Positions 48,109-56,933 of a stretch of 64,000 nucleotides of DNA are shown one piece after another. A program made the position numbers and the translations under genes. The DNA lies in contig CAZQUL010000001.1 of assembly GCA_964596525.1 (NCBI GenBank), positions 742,509 through 806,508 of the forward strand, given 5' to 3'. The notes below the pieces were generated by a model. It did not search any database. It saw only the letters and a list, made by a program, of their open reading frames with translations, and was not told the DNA's origin. The stretch's first letter is position 1. Every line of letters starts with the position of its first letter. The stretch comes from an uncultured Gammaproteobacteria bacterium. GTDB lineage: Bacteria; Patescibacteriota; Patescibacteriia; Magasanikbacterales; GWA2-37-8.

Positions 48109-49122
48109 ATGACTATTCTTGTCACCGGCGCGGCCGGTTTCATGGGTTCACATTTCGTTAAGTATATCCTCGAGCGCTACACGGCGTATCGCGTGGTAGT
48201 TTTAGACAAACTCACCTATGCCGGAAATCTCGACAACCTTAAAGATATTGCGCTCAATCCGCGTTATTCGTTCGTTCAGGGCGATATCGCGGATCCGGGC
48301 ACGCTGCAAAAAGTCTTCAGCCAGTTTGCTATCGACATGGTTGTTAATTATGCTGCCGAGACTCATGTGGACCGCTCGGTTACGGATCCGGCTGCCTTTC
48401 TTAAGACCAATATTTTCGGCACGTACTATCTGCTCGAGGCAGTGCGGCAGTTTGAAGTAAAAAAATTCGTTCAGATTTCGACTGACGAAGTGTTTGGGAG
48501 CGTGCATGAAGGTGCTTTCACCGAAGAGACTGCTATGGCGCCCAACAGCCCGTATTCTGCCGCTAAGGCTGGTGGCGACCTGCTGTGCCGCTCCTACTTT
48601 GTGACGCATAAAACGCCGGTCATTGTTACGCATAGCTGTAACGTATATGGTCCGAATCAGTATCCCGAGAAGTTCATCCCTCTTTTTATTACTAATCTTA
48701 TCGAAGAGAAAAAGGTGCCGCTCTACGGCGACGGACTTAACGTGCGCGAGTGGATATATGTCCTCGATCATTGCCGTGCAGTAGATGTGATACTCCACAA
48801 CGGTAAGCTGGGCGAAGTGTACAACATCGGTTCCGGCGAAGAAAAAAGCAATCGCGCAGTTGTTGATGTGCTGCTGGGTGCGATGGGTAAAGGCGAGGAT
48901 ATGGTTAATTACGTGAAAGATCGCCCGGGGCACGACCGTCGGTACGCGATTGACCACAGCAAACTCGCGCGTGAGCTTGGTTGGCAGCCAGAGGTCAGAT
49001 TCGAAGAAGGTCTTAAAATTACCATCGAGTGGTACAAGAATAACGAATGGTGGTGGAAGAAGATCAAAAACGGTGAATATCGCGAGTATTACGAACGGCA
49101 GTACGGGAAGGGGAATGAGTGA
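48109..49122 (+). CDS. rfbB: dTDP-glucose 4,6-dehydratase
   Basis: ILVTGAAGFMGSHF ... TDEVFG ... YSAAKAGGD ... and an RmlB-typical C-terminus. Confidence 0.85.
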   Translation: MTILVTGAAGFMGSHFVKYILERYTAYRVVVLDKLTYAGNLDNLKDIALNPRYSFVQGDIADPGTLQKVFSQFAIDMVVNYAAETHVDRSVTDPAAFLKTNIFGTYYLLEAVRQFEVKKFVQISTDEVFGSVHEGAFTEETAMAPNSPYSAAKAGGDLLCRSYFVTHKTPVIVTHSCNVYGPNQYPEKFIPLFITNLIEEKKVPLYGDGLNVREWIYVLDHCRAVDVILHNGKLGEVYNIGSGEEKSNRAVVDVLLGAMGKGEDMVNYVKDRPGHDRRYAIDHSKLARELGWQPEVRFEEGLKITIEWYKNNEWWWKKIKNGEYREYYERQYGKGNE

Positions 49123-49235
49123 TAAGGTCTGGGGAATTAGGAGCGTTAGGTAAAGATATTTTCTACGCACCAGCATCTTGCGGATTGGAGAAGGTTGTAT
49201 ATGCTTTGGGAAGTAGTCATTTTTTGAATCATAGT

Positions 49236-50267
49236 ATGAAGAAACAATCCTCAAAGATAGAAACCCTGCCGGAGACAAAAACCGCGGTAATTTATGAAGA
49301 TAACCGAGGTAATTTCGAGCTTAAAGTTGATAAGGATTTGGAAACTATCTGGGTAACGCAGCTTCAGGTAGCTGAGCTTTTCGACGTTCAGAAAGCTGCT
49401 ATTTCTAAGCATCTCAAAAATATATTTGCCTCAGGAGAACTGCAGAAGCCGACAACTGTTTCCAAAATGGAAACAGTTCAAACCGAAGGTGGTCGGACGG
49501 TAAAAAGAGCTGTTGAATTTTATAATCTTGATTTGGTTATTGCTATCGGTTATCGCGTTAATTCAAAAAAAGCGACCCTCTTCCGTCAGTGGGCCACAAA
49601 AACTTTACGCGATTACCTTGTTAAAGGCTATATCTTAAACGAAAAACGTTTACGCGAGTCGCGCGAGACCAGCGTCAAAGAGCTCCAAAAAACAGTTAAG
49701 TTCATCCAAGAGACCGTTCGGCACCGACAGCTCGACCAGGCCGAGGTGGATAGCGTGCTGTCGGTTATTACTGGTTATGCCAATTCATGGCTTTTGCTTG
49801 GGCAGTACGACGAAAGCGCGCTGTCGGTTAAAAGAGGCGCTTCGGTGCCTCAGAAAAAACTGGAATACGAAACTGTTCGAATGTTTATAAACGATCTTAA
49901 GCGGCAATTACTCAGAAAAGGTGAAGCCGGCGAGTTATTTGGTAATGAACGAAATGATTCGCTACAGGGTATTCTTACCGCTCTCTATCAAACATTCGAT
50001 GGAAAAGAAGTTTATTCGAGTGCTGAAGAAAAGGCTGCGCATCTACTGTATTTTGTTATCAAGGATCATCCATTTTCCGATGGTAATAAGCGCATCGGAT
50101 CGTTTTTATTCATTATTTTTTTGGGCCGAAACCAGCTCTTATACCGTAAGAATGGCGAAAAGAAAATCAACGACAATACGCTTGTTGCCTTGGCGCTCTT
50201 GGTTGCTCAGAGCGATCCGAAAGAAAAAGATCAGATGATCGCTCTTATTACTCAATTGCTCGCATAA
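49236..50267 (+). CDS. RhuM-family virulence-like protein fused to a Fic/Doc domain
   Basis: The N-terminus (AVIYEDNRGNFELKV ... IWVTQLQVAELFDVQKAAISKHLKNIF) matches the RhuM family. The C-terminus HPFSDGNKRIG matches the Fic/Doc motif HxFx(D/E)GNxR. The gene is AT-rich relative to its neighbours. The ORF is open from a GTG at 49119, but the ATG at 49236 fits RhuM N-termini better. Confidence 0.7.
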   Translation: MKKQSSKIETLPETKTAVIYEDNRGNFELKVDKDLETIWVTQLQVAELFDVQKAAISKHLKNIFASGELQKPTTVSKMETVQTEGGRTVKRAVEFYNLDLVIAIGYRVNSKKATLFRQWATKTLRDYLVKGYILNEKRLRESRETSVKELQKTVKFIQETVRHRQLDQAEVDSVLSVITGYANSWLLLGQYDESALSVKRGASVPQKKLEYETVRMFINDLKRQLLRKGEAGELFGNERNDSLQGILTALYQTFDGKEVYSSAEEKAAHLLYFVIKDHPFSDGNKRIGSFLFIIFLGRNQLLYRKNGEKKINDNTLVALALLVAQSDPKEKDQMIALITQLLA

Positions 50268-50272
50268 AATCT

Positions 50273-51118
50273 ATGAAAATTCTCATGATCGGCAAAGGAT
50301 ATGTGGGAGAGCGCTGCCTTGGCGCCTGGGGGAGCGAGGTTGTGCTCGCAGGAAAACGAGTGCACACCGTTGAGGATGCGCTCGAACTTATCGACCTCCA
50401 CAAGCCCGATGCAGTATTCAACGCAGCTGGCGTGCGCGGCAAACCGAACGTCGATTGGTGTGAAACGCATCAACTCGAGACGGTCGTTGGCAATACCATT
50501 TTACCTCTTATCATTGCCGAAGCCTGCCAGAAACGTAACGTGTACCTGCTTCACATCGGTTCTGGTTGCGTATTTTACGGCGAATCACCCGATAAAAAAG
50601 GTTGGAAAGAAGATGATTTTGGCAATCCGTCCGCGGTGTATTCCAGAGCGAAGTATGCCGCTGACCTAGCGTTGTCGGTACTCCCAAACGTTGGCATTGC
50701 CCGCATCCGCATGCCAATGGATTATATACCTTCATCTTTTAATATCATCGATAAGCTCGCTTTCTACGACCAGATTGTCGATGTTGAAAATAGCTTGACG
50801 GTCATCGAAGACATGATCAGTGTTTTTTACCAGCTTATAGAGAAAAAAGCGCCGGGAATTTTTCATGTCGTCAATCCGGGGACTATTAAGCATCGAGAAA
50901 TAATCGCGCTCTATAACGAGTTCGTAGACCCAAATAAGAAACCAACGTGGATCACTGAGGATGAGTTGGTGGCTAAAGGTTTGGTGTCGAAAAAACGATC
51001 GACGAACAAACTGCAATCGCTCCGGCTCGCTGAATACGGAATCACCATGCGCGAGGCGCACGAAGCGGCGCGTGAAACGATGCGGCGGTATGCAGAAGAA
51101 TTAAAAAAGACCGTATAA
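50273..51118 (+). CDS. RmlD-like NAD(P)-dependent sugar reductase/epimerase (dTDP-4-dehydrorhamnose reductase-like)
   Basis: MKILMIGKGYVG ... DAVFNAAGV ... YSRAKYAAD. Its size and position after rfbB support the call. The exact activity is uncertain. Confidence 0.55.
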   Translation: MKILMIGKGYVGERCLGAWGSEVVLAGKRVHTVEDALELIDLHKPDAVFNAAGVRGKPNVDWCETHQLETVVGNTILPLIIAEACQKRNVYLLHIGSGCVFYGESPDKKGWKEDDFGNPSAVYSRAKYAADLALSVLPNVGIARIRMPMDYIPSSFNIIDKLAFYDQIVDVENSLTVIEDMISVFYQLIEKKAPGIFHVVNPGTIKHREIIALYNEFVDPNKKPTWITEDELVAKGLVSKKRSTNKLQSLRLAEYGITMREAHEAARETMRRYAEELKKTV

Positions 51119-51173
51119 AAAAGACCCGGCGACGTGCGAAGCCGAGTCTGTGTGTGGCTGGGGTGGGTGCTGT

Positions 51174-51509
51174 CTAATCGTCGTAGGTGCAGAAATGCTT
51201 GTATCGATAGAAGTTAACTTGGATGTAGATTCCCTTAGCCTGGACATAACCCCCGCAGAGGACACGATAGCTCGTGTTTGTCTTGAGCCTCACCTTGAAC
51301 CAAGACATTCCTTTTTCATCCGTGATTTTGGTTCCAAAGCTGTACGTGCCGTCGGCGGATTGGATCTCCGTCCTCGTTCCTCTGACCATGCTCTGTACGA
51401 GAATAGCGACCTCTTGTTCGCTGTTATCGTTCTTGGGCTCGGTGAGCGCCGGTGAGCTTGTTAGCAGGATACCAGCTACGATGAAGGTATAAAGTGCACG
51501 AAACAGCAT
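51174..51509 (-). CDS. Small secreted protein (signal peptide, two Cys), paralog A
   Basis: An RBS (gaggagg) precedes the ATG at 51509. MLFRALYTFIVAGILLTSSPA is a signal peptide. Confidence 0.6.
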   Translation of the reverse strand: MLFRALYTFIVAGILLTSSPALTEPKNDNSEQEVAILVQSMVRGTRTEIQSADGTYSFGTKITDEKGMSWFKVRLKTNTSYRVLCGGYVQAKGIYIQVNFYRYKHFCTYDD

Positions 51510-51570
51510 GACAGTTCCTCCTCTGGTTGGCTGACAAAAAAAGCTACCATGCTGTGATCGGTTTGTCAAT
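51510..51570 (-). promoter_or_regulatory. Putative sigma70 promoter plus RBS for paralog A (TTGACA-N17-TAGCTT)
   Basis: On the minus strand the sequence reads ttgacaaaccgatcacagcatggtagctt ... ccaaccagaggaggaactgtcatg. Confidence 0.45.
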
Positions 51571-51663
51571 ACTATCTCTTGGCGTCTCTCTTTGATTGAG
51601 CTAAAAACAAAAATCCCTCCAACGACCCCCGAGCTTGGCTCGGAAGATTGTTGGAGGTGGGGC

Positions 51664-51999
51664 TTAGAAGGCGCACACCTGTTCGTAGCGGTAGGTATCG
51701 GGCTCGAGGGAAATTCCTTTTCTGCTCAGTCGATCGTTGCAGGTGAGGCGATAACTCATACCGTATACGAGATCGATTTCAAAGAGTGCCCGTCCATTTT
51801 TATCCGCCATCGCCTTGGCAATCTGGCGTTTTCCGTCGGACGTTTGAATCTTTACTTCCGCATCCGGTTCGGTAGTGATGACGATCCTCACCGAGTAAAC
51901 TTGCCCTCCCTTGGCTGATGAGGAATTGTTCGCCTGCGCGGTTGAACCGATAAGAAGAGCGGTTAGAATGAGCGGACGAAGGCTTGAAATGAGCGACAT
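51664..51999 (-). CDS. Small secreted protein (signal peptide, two Cys), paralog B
   Basis: MSLISSLRPLILTALLIGSTAQA is a signal peptide. The length, C-terminal Cys spacing and upstream leader match paralog A. Confidence 0.6.
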   Translation of the reverse strand: MSLISSLRPLILTALLIGSTAQANNSSSAKGGQVYSVRIVITTEPDAEVKIQTSDGKRQIAKAMADKNGRALFEIDLVYGMSYRLTCNDRLSRKGISLEPDTYRYEQVCAF

Positions 52000-52065
52000 G
52001 GCAGTTCCTCCTCTGGTTGACGAGACAAAAAATCTTAGCTATTTTTTTGAATTTTGTCAATATAC
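52000..52065 (-). promoter_or_regulatory. Putative sigma70 promoter plus RBS for paralog B (TTGACA-N17-TAAGAT)
   Basis: On the minus strand the sequence reads tattgacaaaattcaaaaaaatagctaagat ... caaccagaggaggaactgccatg. The RBS block is shared with paralog A. Confidence 0.45.
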
Positions 52066-52156
52066 AACCTGAATTGTGCTTAATTAAAACGTTTGCCATT
52101 TTAGACAGTTTCCTGGTCTAATGCTACTCTAAAAACAGACTTTATACTCTTTTTGT

Positions 52157-53233
52157 ATGAACCCCATCATACTTGATGACATCTCAGCCATTAAAGCGCT
52201 CGATACGCAGAATATGCTTGCGAGCCTCGAACTTTTACCCGAGCAAATGAGAGCGATCGCACATGAGGCAGAAACGCTCCGTCTCTCGGCGCGACATAAA
52301 AAAGCCCGCCATATCGTGGTGTGCGGTATGGGCGGCTCAACACTTGCCTCGCATGTCATTAAAGCGCTCTACAGTGATGTACTACCGGTTCCTTTGGAAA
52401 TCATAAACGGTTACGACCTTCCGCGGTACGTTGGAAAAGATACGGCGGTGATGGTAACGAGTTATTCCGGAACCACAGAAGAAGCCATTGCCTGTTTTAA
52501 AGACGCTGTTAAACGGCGCGCCGAGGTGTTCGTGCTTACGTCCGGTGGAGAGCTCCAAAAACTGGCGCGTAAAAACGGGGTTCCGTCATTAATTTTTTCT
52601 ACGGATAATAATCCTTGTCATTCGCCGCGCATGGGGCTTGGATATTCACTCGTTGGACAGCTCGCGTTTTTTAGTGCGCTTGGATTTATTCCGTGGCGTC
52701 TCTCCGAAGTAAAAAATATGTTCATGGCGGCTCGTCATGCCCAAGAGCGCTACGGAGTGCACAAAAATACCGCTGCCAATCCGGCTAAGGAAGCGGCGCT
52801 CAAAATGGCTGGCCGGAGCATCTGGTGGGTTGCGGCTGAGCATTTGGCGGGCAGCGCGCATATCGGAGCCAACCAAACGAACGAAAACGCCAAACGTTTC
52901 GCGGGATATTTCATTATTCCCGAACTCAACCATCACCTCATGGAAGGGATAACCCACCCAATCTCAAACCGCGATCATGCCCTCTTCATACTTCTTGAAT
53001 CGGGGGCTTATGACAAGCGCATTATAAAACGTTTCGCGGTTACCAAAGACGTACTTGAGAAAAACTCGATTTCGCACATCTCGCTCATAGCGAGCGAAAA
53101 GAAACTAATACATCAGATCGTCGAAACTCTGGTGTTTACAAGTTATGCCAGTTTCTACGCTGCCCTTGCACAAGGTATCGATCCGACCGCCATTCCGTAC
53201 GTGGATTTTTTTAAGGAGCAGCTGAAAAAATGA
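52157..53233 (+). CDS. Bifunctional phosphoglucose/phosphomannose isomerase (SIS-domain PGI/PMI)
   Basis: A SIS domain (VVCGMGGSTLASHV ... VMVTSYSGTTEE) with a ~350-aa archaeal/bacterial PGI/PMI-type architecture. Confidence 0.7.
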   Translation: MNPIILDDISAIKALDTQNMLASLELLPEQMRAIAHEAETLRLSARHKKARHIVVCGMGGSTLASHVIKALYSDVLPVPLEIINGYDLPRYVGKDTAVMVTSYSGTTEEAIACFKDAVKRRAEVFVLTSGGELQKLARKNGVPSLIFSTDNNPCHSPRMGLGYSLVGQLAFFSALGFIPWRLSEVKNMFMAARHAQERYGVHKNTAANPAKEAALKMAGRSIWWVAAEHLAGSAHIGANQTNENAKRFAGYFIIPELNHHLMEGITHPISNRDHALFILLESGAYDKRIIKRFAVTKDVLEKNSISHISLIASEKKLIHQIVETLVFTSYASFYAALAQGIDPTAIPYVDFFKEQLKK

Positions 53234-53256
53234 ATTTCAGGTCAATTATATTAAAG

Positions 53257-53287
53257 AACGGCTCTCATTTTGAGAGCCGTTTTTTTA
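53257..53287. terminator. Bidirectional rho-independent terminator (aacggctctc/gagagccgtt)
   Basis: A perfect 10-bp stem is flanked by A- and T-tracts between convergent genes. Confidence 0.7.
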
Positions 53288-54040
53288 GAACGTGCAGCTG
53301 CGGAGGTTGGTGCTGGTCGGGGCGGTGCACTCTCGGAAGGTGGTCGTGCCGCCGTGGTCTTGCCAGGAGGTGGGTCGAGGAGGGGGGAGGCGCACTTTGA
53401 GCGTGTCGCCCGGTACGAGCGTGGTAATCGACGTAAGTGATCCGTCATTGGGTAACAGGGCGTAGTTATTATAAGCCGAGGTTACCCCGTTTGACGACGG
53501 GCGAAACATGGTTACGACGCCCTCTTGCCCCTGCTTATTCCTCCAGGTAAAGCCGCTCATGGGGAGCTTGCTCGAAGGGAAGGCCATACCCTGAAACAGG
53601 GCGCCCTCCTCGACCGTTACCCATACTGCCTGGAGCCCCAGGCTGCCGCTCGAATCCGTAGAAGAATATTCGAGCTTCAGGCTTTCATCGTCGAAATAGA
53701 CCAGCGCGAAATCCTTGGGCGGTCGCGGCTGGCAGAAGCCGTTGGGGTAGGCGAACGGCTCGCCATTTCCATCGCTCGCGGCGTAGTAGCCAGCGAGGTT
53801 GCGTGCCCAGTACTGGCAGTTTTCACCCAAGACCATCGTGCGGCAGCCGTGGTTTGTGGCTGGCCCGGCATAGCGCGGGCACCAATCTTCGCCCTCTTGG
53901 GGATTCGCTGGGTCGATTGCATTGGGCACGCCATCATGATCCATGTCGTTCGAATCATCGGGCAGGCCCGGTGCTTGGCAGCCGGTAAAAAACAGGGTCA
54001 GAATGGCGGGAAAGATCTTATTGTGCAGAGATTGACGCAT
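53285..54040 (-). CDS. Secreted lipoprotein with a thrombospondin-type-3-like Ca-binding motif
   Basis: An RBS (aggagga) is present. The signal peptide with lipobox reads LTLFFTGC. It contains a DDSNDMDHDGVPNAIDP aspartate-rich repeat. Confidence 0.6.
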   Translation of the reverse strand: MRQSLHNKIFPAILTLFFTGCQAPGLPDDSNDMDHDGVPNAIDPANPQEGEDWCPRYAGPATNHGCRTMVLGENCQYWARNLAGYYAASDGNGEPFAYPNGFCQPRPPKDFALVYFDDESLKLEYSSTDSSGSLGLQAVWVTVEEGALFQGMAFPSSKLPMSGFTWRNKQGQEGVVTMFRPSSNGVTSAYNNYALLPNDGSLTSITTLVPGDTLKVRLPPPRPTSWQDHGGTTTFRECTAPTSTNLRSCTF

Positions 54041-54236
54041 CGGGTCTCCTCCTGAAACGAGACATGAGCAGTAAACGATTTTTTAGCATTCTTGTCAAAT
54101 TTTTTATGATAACCTTAACTCGTGAAGTTTTTTTCGTAAGACATCGAGCAATAATTTATCTTCGTGATATTATTGACAAAACTTGTAAATTAGCGTATAT
54201 TTTTTTGTTATTGCTTCCGTTGCCAAGGAGTGCGCC

Positions 54237-54509
54237 ATGAATCAACGAACCGTTTGCGCGTTGTTTTTTATTGCCGCCTTGGTGTGCGTTCCGTCGTGGA
54301 GCGTTGCTGCGGAGACATGCGTAGAACGTAATAATCGTCTTGCACACGAGGAAGAGGTGATGGCTGCGAAAATGGATGTGGTGGCGGCTGCTGCCGAGGC
54401 GGCAGGCGACCAAAAGAAAGCAGAGAATGCCCGCATCCTTGCGGGTGCGCACCGCGCCGCCGCCGCAGTCTATCGGCAACAGGCGGAAAACTGCGCGAAC
54501 GTTGCTTAG
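54237..54509 (+). CDS. Small secreted protein (signal peptide)
   Basis: An RBS (caaggag) is present. The signal peptide MNQRTVCALFFIAALVCVPSWSVAA is followed by a terminator hairpin at 54515-54554. Confidence 0.5.
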   Translation: MNQRTVCALFFIAALVCVPSWSVAAETCVERNNRLAHEEEVMAAKMDVVAAAAEAAGDQKKAENARILAGAHRAAAAVYRQQAENCANVA

Positions 54510-54598
54510 ATTTTCCCTCGTCTAGCCTGTAGGTAGATGAGGGGCTTTGTTTTTAATACCTTGTCTCACAGTTCATGCCGTGATTAAATACGCCACAT

Positions 54599-55378
54599 AT
54601 GATTGACCTTTCCGTCATTACCGTCTGTTGGAATTCCGCCGAATATATCGCCCGCCAAATCGCTTCGGTGCACGCTGCCGCGGATGGTTTAGTGTACGAA
54701 CATATTATCATCGACAACGGCTCGATGGACCAGACCGTGACAGAGATTCGTGCCCGATTTCCTTCTGTGACGCTTGTCGAAAACGGAATGAACCTCGGCT
54801 TCGCCGCAGCAAACAATAAAGGTTTTGCGGTTTCTTCCGGCCGTTATATCTTATTCCTTAATCCTGATATGACGCTTCAGCCTGGAAGCCTTAAGCGGTG
54901 GATTGCATGGATGGATGAGCATCCCCGTACTGCTCTTTCTGGCTGCATGCTCGTTGATACTCACGGCATGCCTATAACCGAAGCTTGCCCGCGCCGATTC
55001 CCGACTCCTCTCGACCAGTTTTTGCTGGTCACTAAATTGCACCGTTGGTTCCAAAAACCGCTCGAGCATTATCGTATGAAAGGTTTTGATGCAGAATGCG
55101 AACAGGAGGTCGATTCGGTGCGCGGGTCGTGCATGATGGCTCGGCGAGATTTTTTGGATCAGCTCGGCTTCGCTTTTGACCCGCGGTACTTCATTTGGTT
55201 TGAAGATGTCGATGTATGCCGCGAAGCGATTTCGCGCGACTGGAAAGTATTCTACACCCCGGTCGTTCGCGCGACCGATTTTATAGGGCGCAGTTTTGCC
55301 AAACGCGGATCATGGTGGAAGCGGTGGCAGTTTTTGAAAAGCATGTTCATATATTTTTGGAAGTGGCGAGGCGTTTAA
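54599..55378 (+). CDS. Glycosyltransferase family 2
   Basis: LSVITVCWNSAEYI ... IIDNGSMD ... NPDM. Confidence 0.8.
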   Translation: MIDLSVITVCWNSAEYIARQIASVHAAADGLVYEHIIIDNGSMDQTVTEIRARFPSVTLVENGMNLGFAAANNKGFAVSSGRYILFLNPDMTLQPGSLKRWIAWMDEHPRTALSGCMLVDTHGMPITEACPRRFPTPLDQFLLVTKLHRWFQKPLEHYRMKGFDAECEQEVDSVRGSCMMARRDFLDQLGFAFDPRYFIWFEDVDVCREAISRDWKVFYTPVVRATDFIGRSFAKRGSWWKRWQFLKSMFIYFWKWRGV

Positions 55379-55379
55379 A

Positions 55380-55903
55380 AAACAAGGCACCCTGCTCCGA
55401 AGAGCAGGGTTGTTGAACTGCCAGTCCTACCTATCCCAAAAAGGACAGTCATCGTTGAAGCGATGTAAAAAGACTGACTAGACCTCCGCGAGTCCATGGT
55501 GTGAACGGGTGCCACCCCTACCGCTAGCTTTTTGACAATACTGCACGCTCTGCGTACAGTTCCGGTAAGGTCCCTTGGGTAGCGCCGGATACGGTATTTC
55601 GTAACCCGCTACCCCCACCTTGTATATCACGTCGCGTGTCGGCACCTCGTGGGTTCTTAAGCTACCACGCAGGATTGTCAGCAGGAAAGCGTTCCTTTTT
55701 CAACCTTGCTGACGTCGAACGGTCCCCGGTAGAACGAGGAACATGCGTTCGATTATTATCCGACTCTCGCGCCGCAATAACCGCTGTCACACTGGGTGCT
55801 GTTGGAGGATATAGAGTGTGCGTATCACGCTATATCCCCGAACAGTACCTGCTGAGAAAGAACATAAAATAATACCATCACGTTACATTTTTGTCAAGCC
55901 TAT
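55380..55903. ncRNA. Candidate structured non-coding RNA or regulatory leader (identity unresolved)
   Basis: A 524-bp gap has no credible ORF in a gene-dense region. It holds several strong hairpins, for example gggtagcgccggatacgg...ccgtaacccgctaccc and ggatatag...ctatatcc. One short segment (aagactgactag) resembles part of tmRNA, but no full tmRNA or RNase P fit was found. Confidence 0.3.
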
Positions 55904-56887
55904 ATGGCCCGTTTAGCTCTTCATCTCGTTACCTGGAACGGAGCGCGGTATCTGCCGTTCTTGTTTGAGTCGCTTAAACGCCAGGTATATTCCGATGTTG
56001 TGCTTCGAGTGTGGGACAACCATTCTGTCGATGGTACTCTTACGCTCCTCAAGAAAGAACTGGCTAATTTTCCTCATCCACACACTTTTATTGAATCGCC
56101 GGAAAATATCGGCTTTGCCGGCGGACATAATCAGCTTTTTAAAGAATGCAAGGAAGAATTCGTGCTGCTTATCAACCAGGATTTGTATCTTCTGCCGGAG
56201 TGCATTGCACTTCTTGTTGAAGCGCTTGAGAGTGACCAAAAAATTGCTTCGGTAACGCCGCGTCTCATGAAATGGAATTTTTTTGTGATACAAGATCAAG
56301 GACTGCCCGCGAGCTTCTCTTCGACTGTCGATTCGTTGGGCCTTAGTATGTTCCGCTCGCGCCGTGTCGTTGATTGGTGCGCAGGGGATGAGTGGGAGAA
56401 GATTGCCGATCGGTTTTCTTCGGCGCAATTTCGCCCAGTCTTTGGCGTTTCGGGAGCTTTGGCCCTATATCGGGTAAGCGCGTTGCGTGCTGTTGCTGAT
56501 GCTGAAGGGAATATATTCGACCCGCGTTTTGAGTCGTACAAAGAAGATGTTGAGTTGGCGTGGCGGCTGGATAAAAATGGGTATAAAGCACTTGTCGTGC
56601 CCGGGGCGATTGCCTACCACGATCGTACAGCCGCTATGCCAGAGAGCGGTTTAGGTGATTACGCAGCAGCGAAGAATAAAAAAAAACAAAGCGCGCGCGT
56701 CCGATTCTTAAGCTATCGTAATCATCTATTAATGCTTTTTAAACATGAAACCGTTCGCACATTTTTTTCTCGTGCGCCGTGGATAGTATGGTATGAACTT
56801 AAGAAAGTAGTTTTTCTCATTTTTACCGATCCAAAGCTCGTTTTTGCTGCCTGGAAAAGCATATGTGCGCGGCGTCAGCGCCGATAA
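55904..56887 (+). CDS. Glycosyltransferase family 2
   Basis: LHLVTWNGARYL ... VWDNHSVDGT ... NQDL (DxD). Confidence 0.8.
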   Translation: MARLALHLVTWNGARYLPFLFESLKRQVYSDVVLRVWDNHSVDGTLTLLKKELANFPHPHTFIESPENIGFAGGHNQLFKECKEEFVLLINQDLYLLPECIALLVEALESDQKIASVTPRLMKWNFFVIQDQGLPASFSSTVDSLGLSMFRSRRVVDWCAGDEWEKIADRFSSAQFRPVFGVSGALALYRVSALRAVADAEGNIFDPRFESYKEDVELAWRLDKNGYKALVVPGAIAYHDRTAAMPESGLGDYAAAKNKKKQSARVRFLSYRNHLLMLFKHETVRTFFSRAPWIVWYELKKVVFLIFTDPKLVFAAWKSICARRQRR

Positions 56888-56933
56888 CAAAAGCCGCAAG
56901 CACAGGCTCGCGGCGATGGGGGATAACAGACTT

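Noticed and set aside
49119-49235. GTG start at 49119 for the RhuM-Fic gene
   Set aside because: The GTG overlaps the rfbB stop. The ATG at 49236 aligns with the usual start of RhuM-family proteins. The first 39 codons have no family resemblance.
48202-49278. 358-aa minus-strand ORF opposite rfbB
   Set aside because: The rfbB assignment is unambiguous, and the antisense frame lacks an RBS and any recognisable motifs.
55380-55903. Specific assignment of the ORF-free region as tmRNA or RNase P RNA
   Set aside because: Only a ~13-nt stretch resembles tmRNA. I found no tRNA-like acceptor or T-arm with 3' CCA, no tag-peptide reading frame and no P4 pairing consistent with RNase P. I therefore left it as an unresolved candidate RNA.
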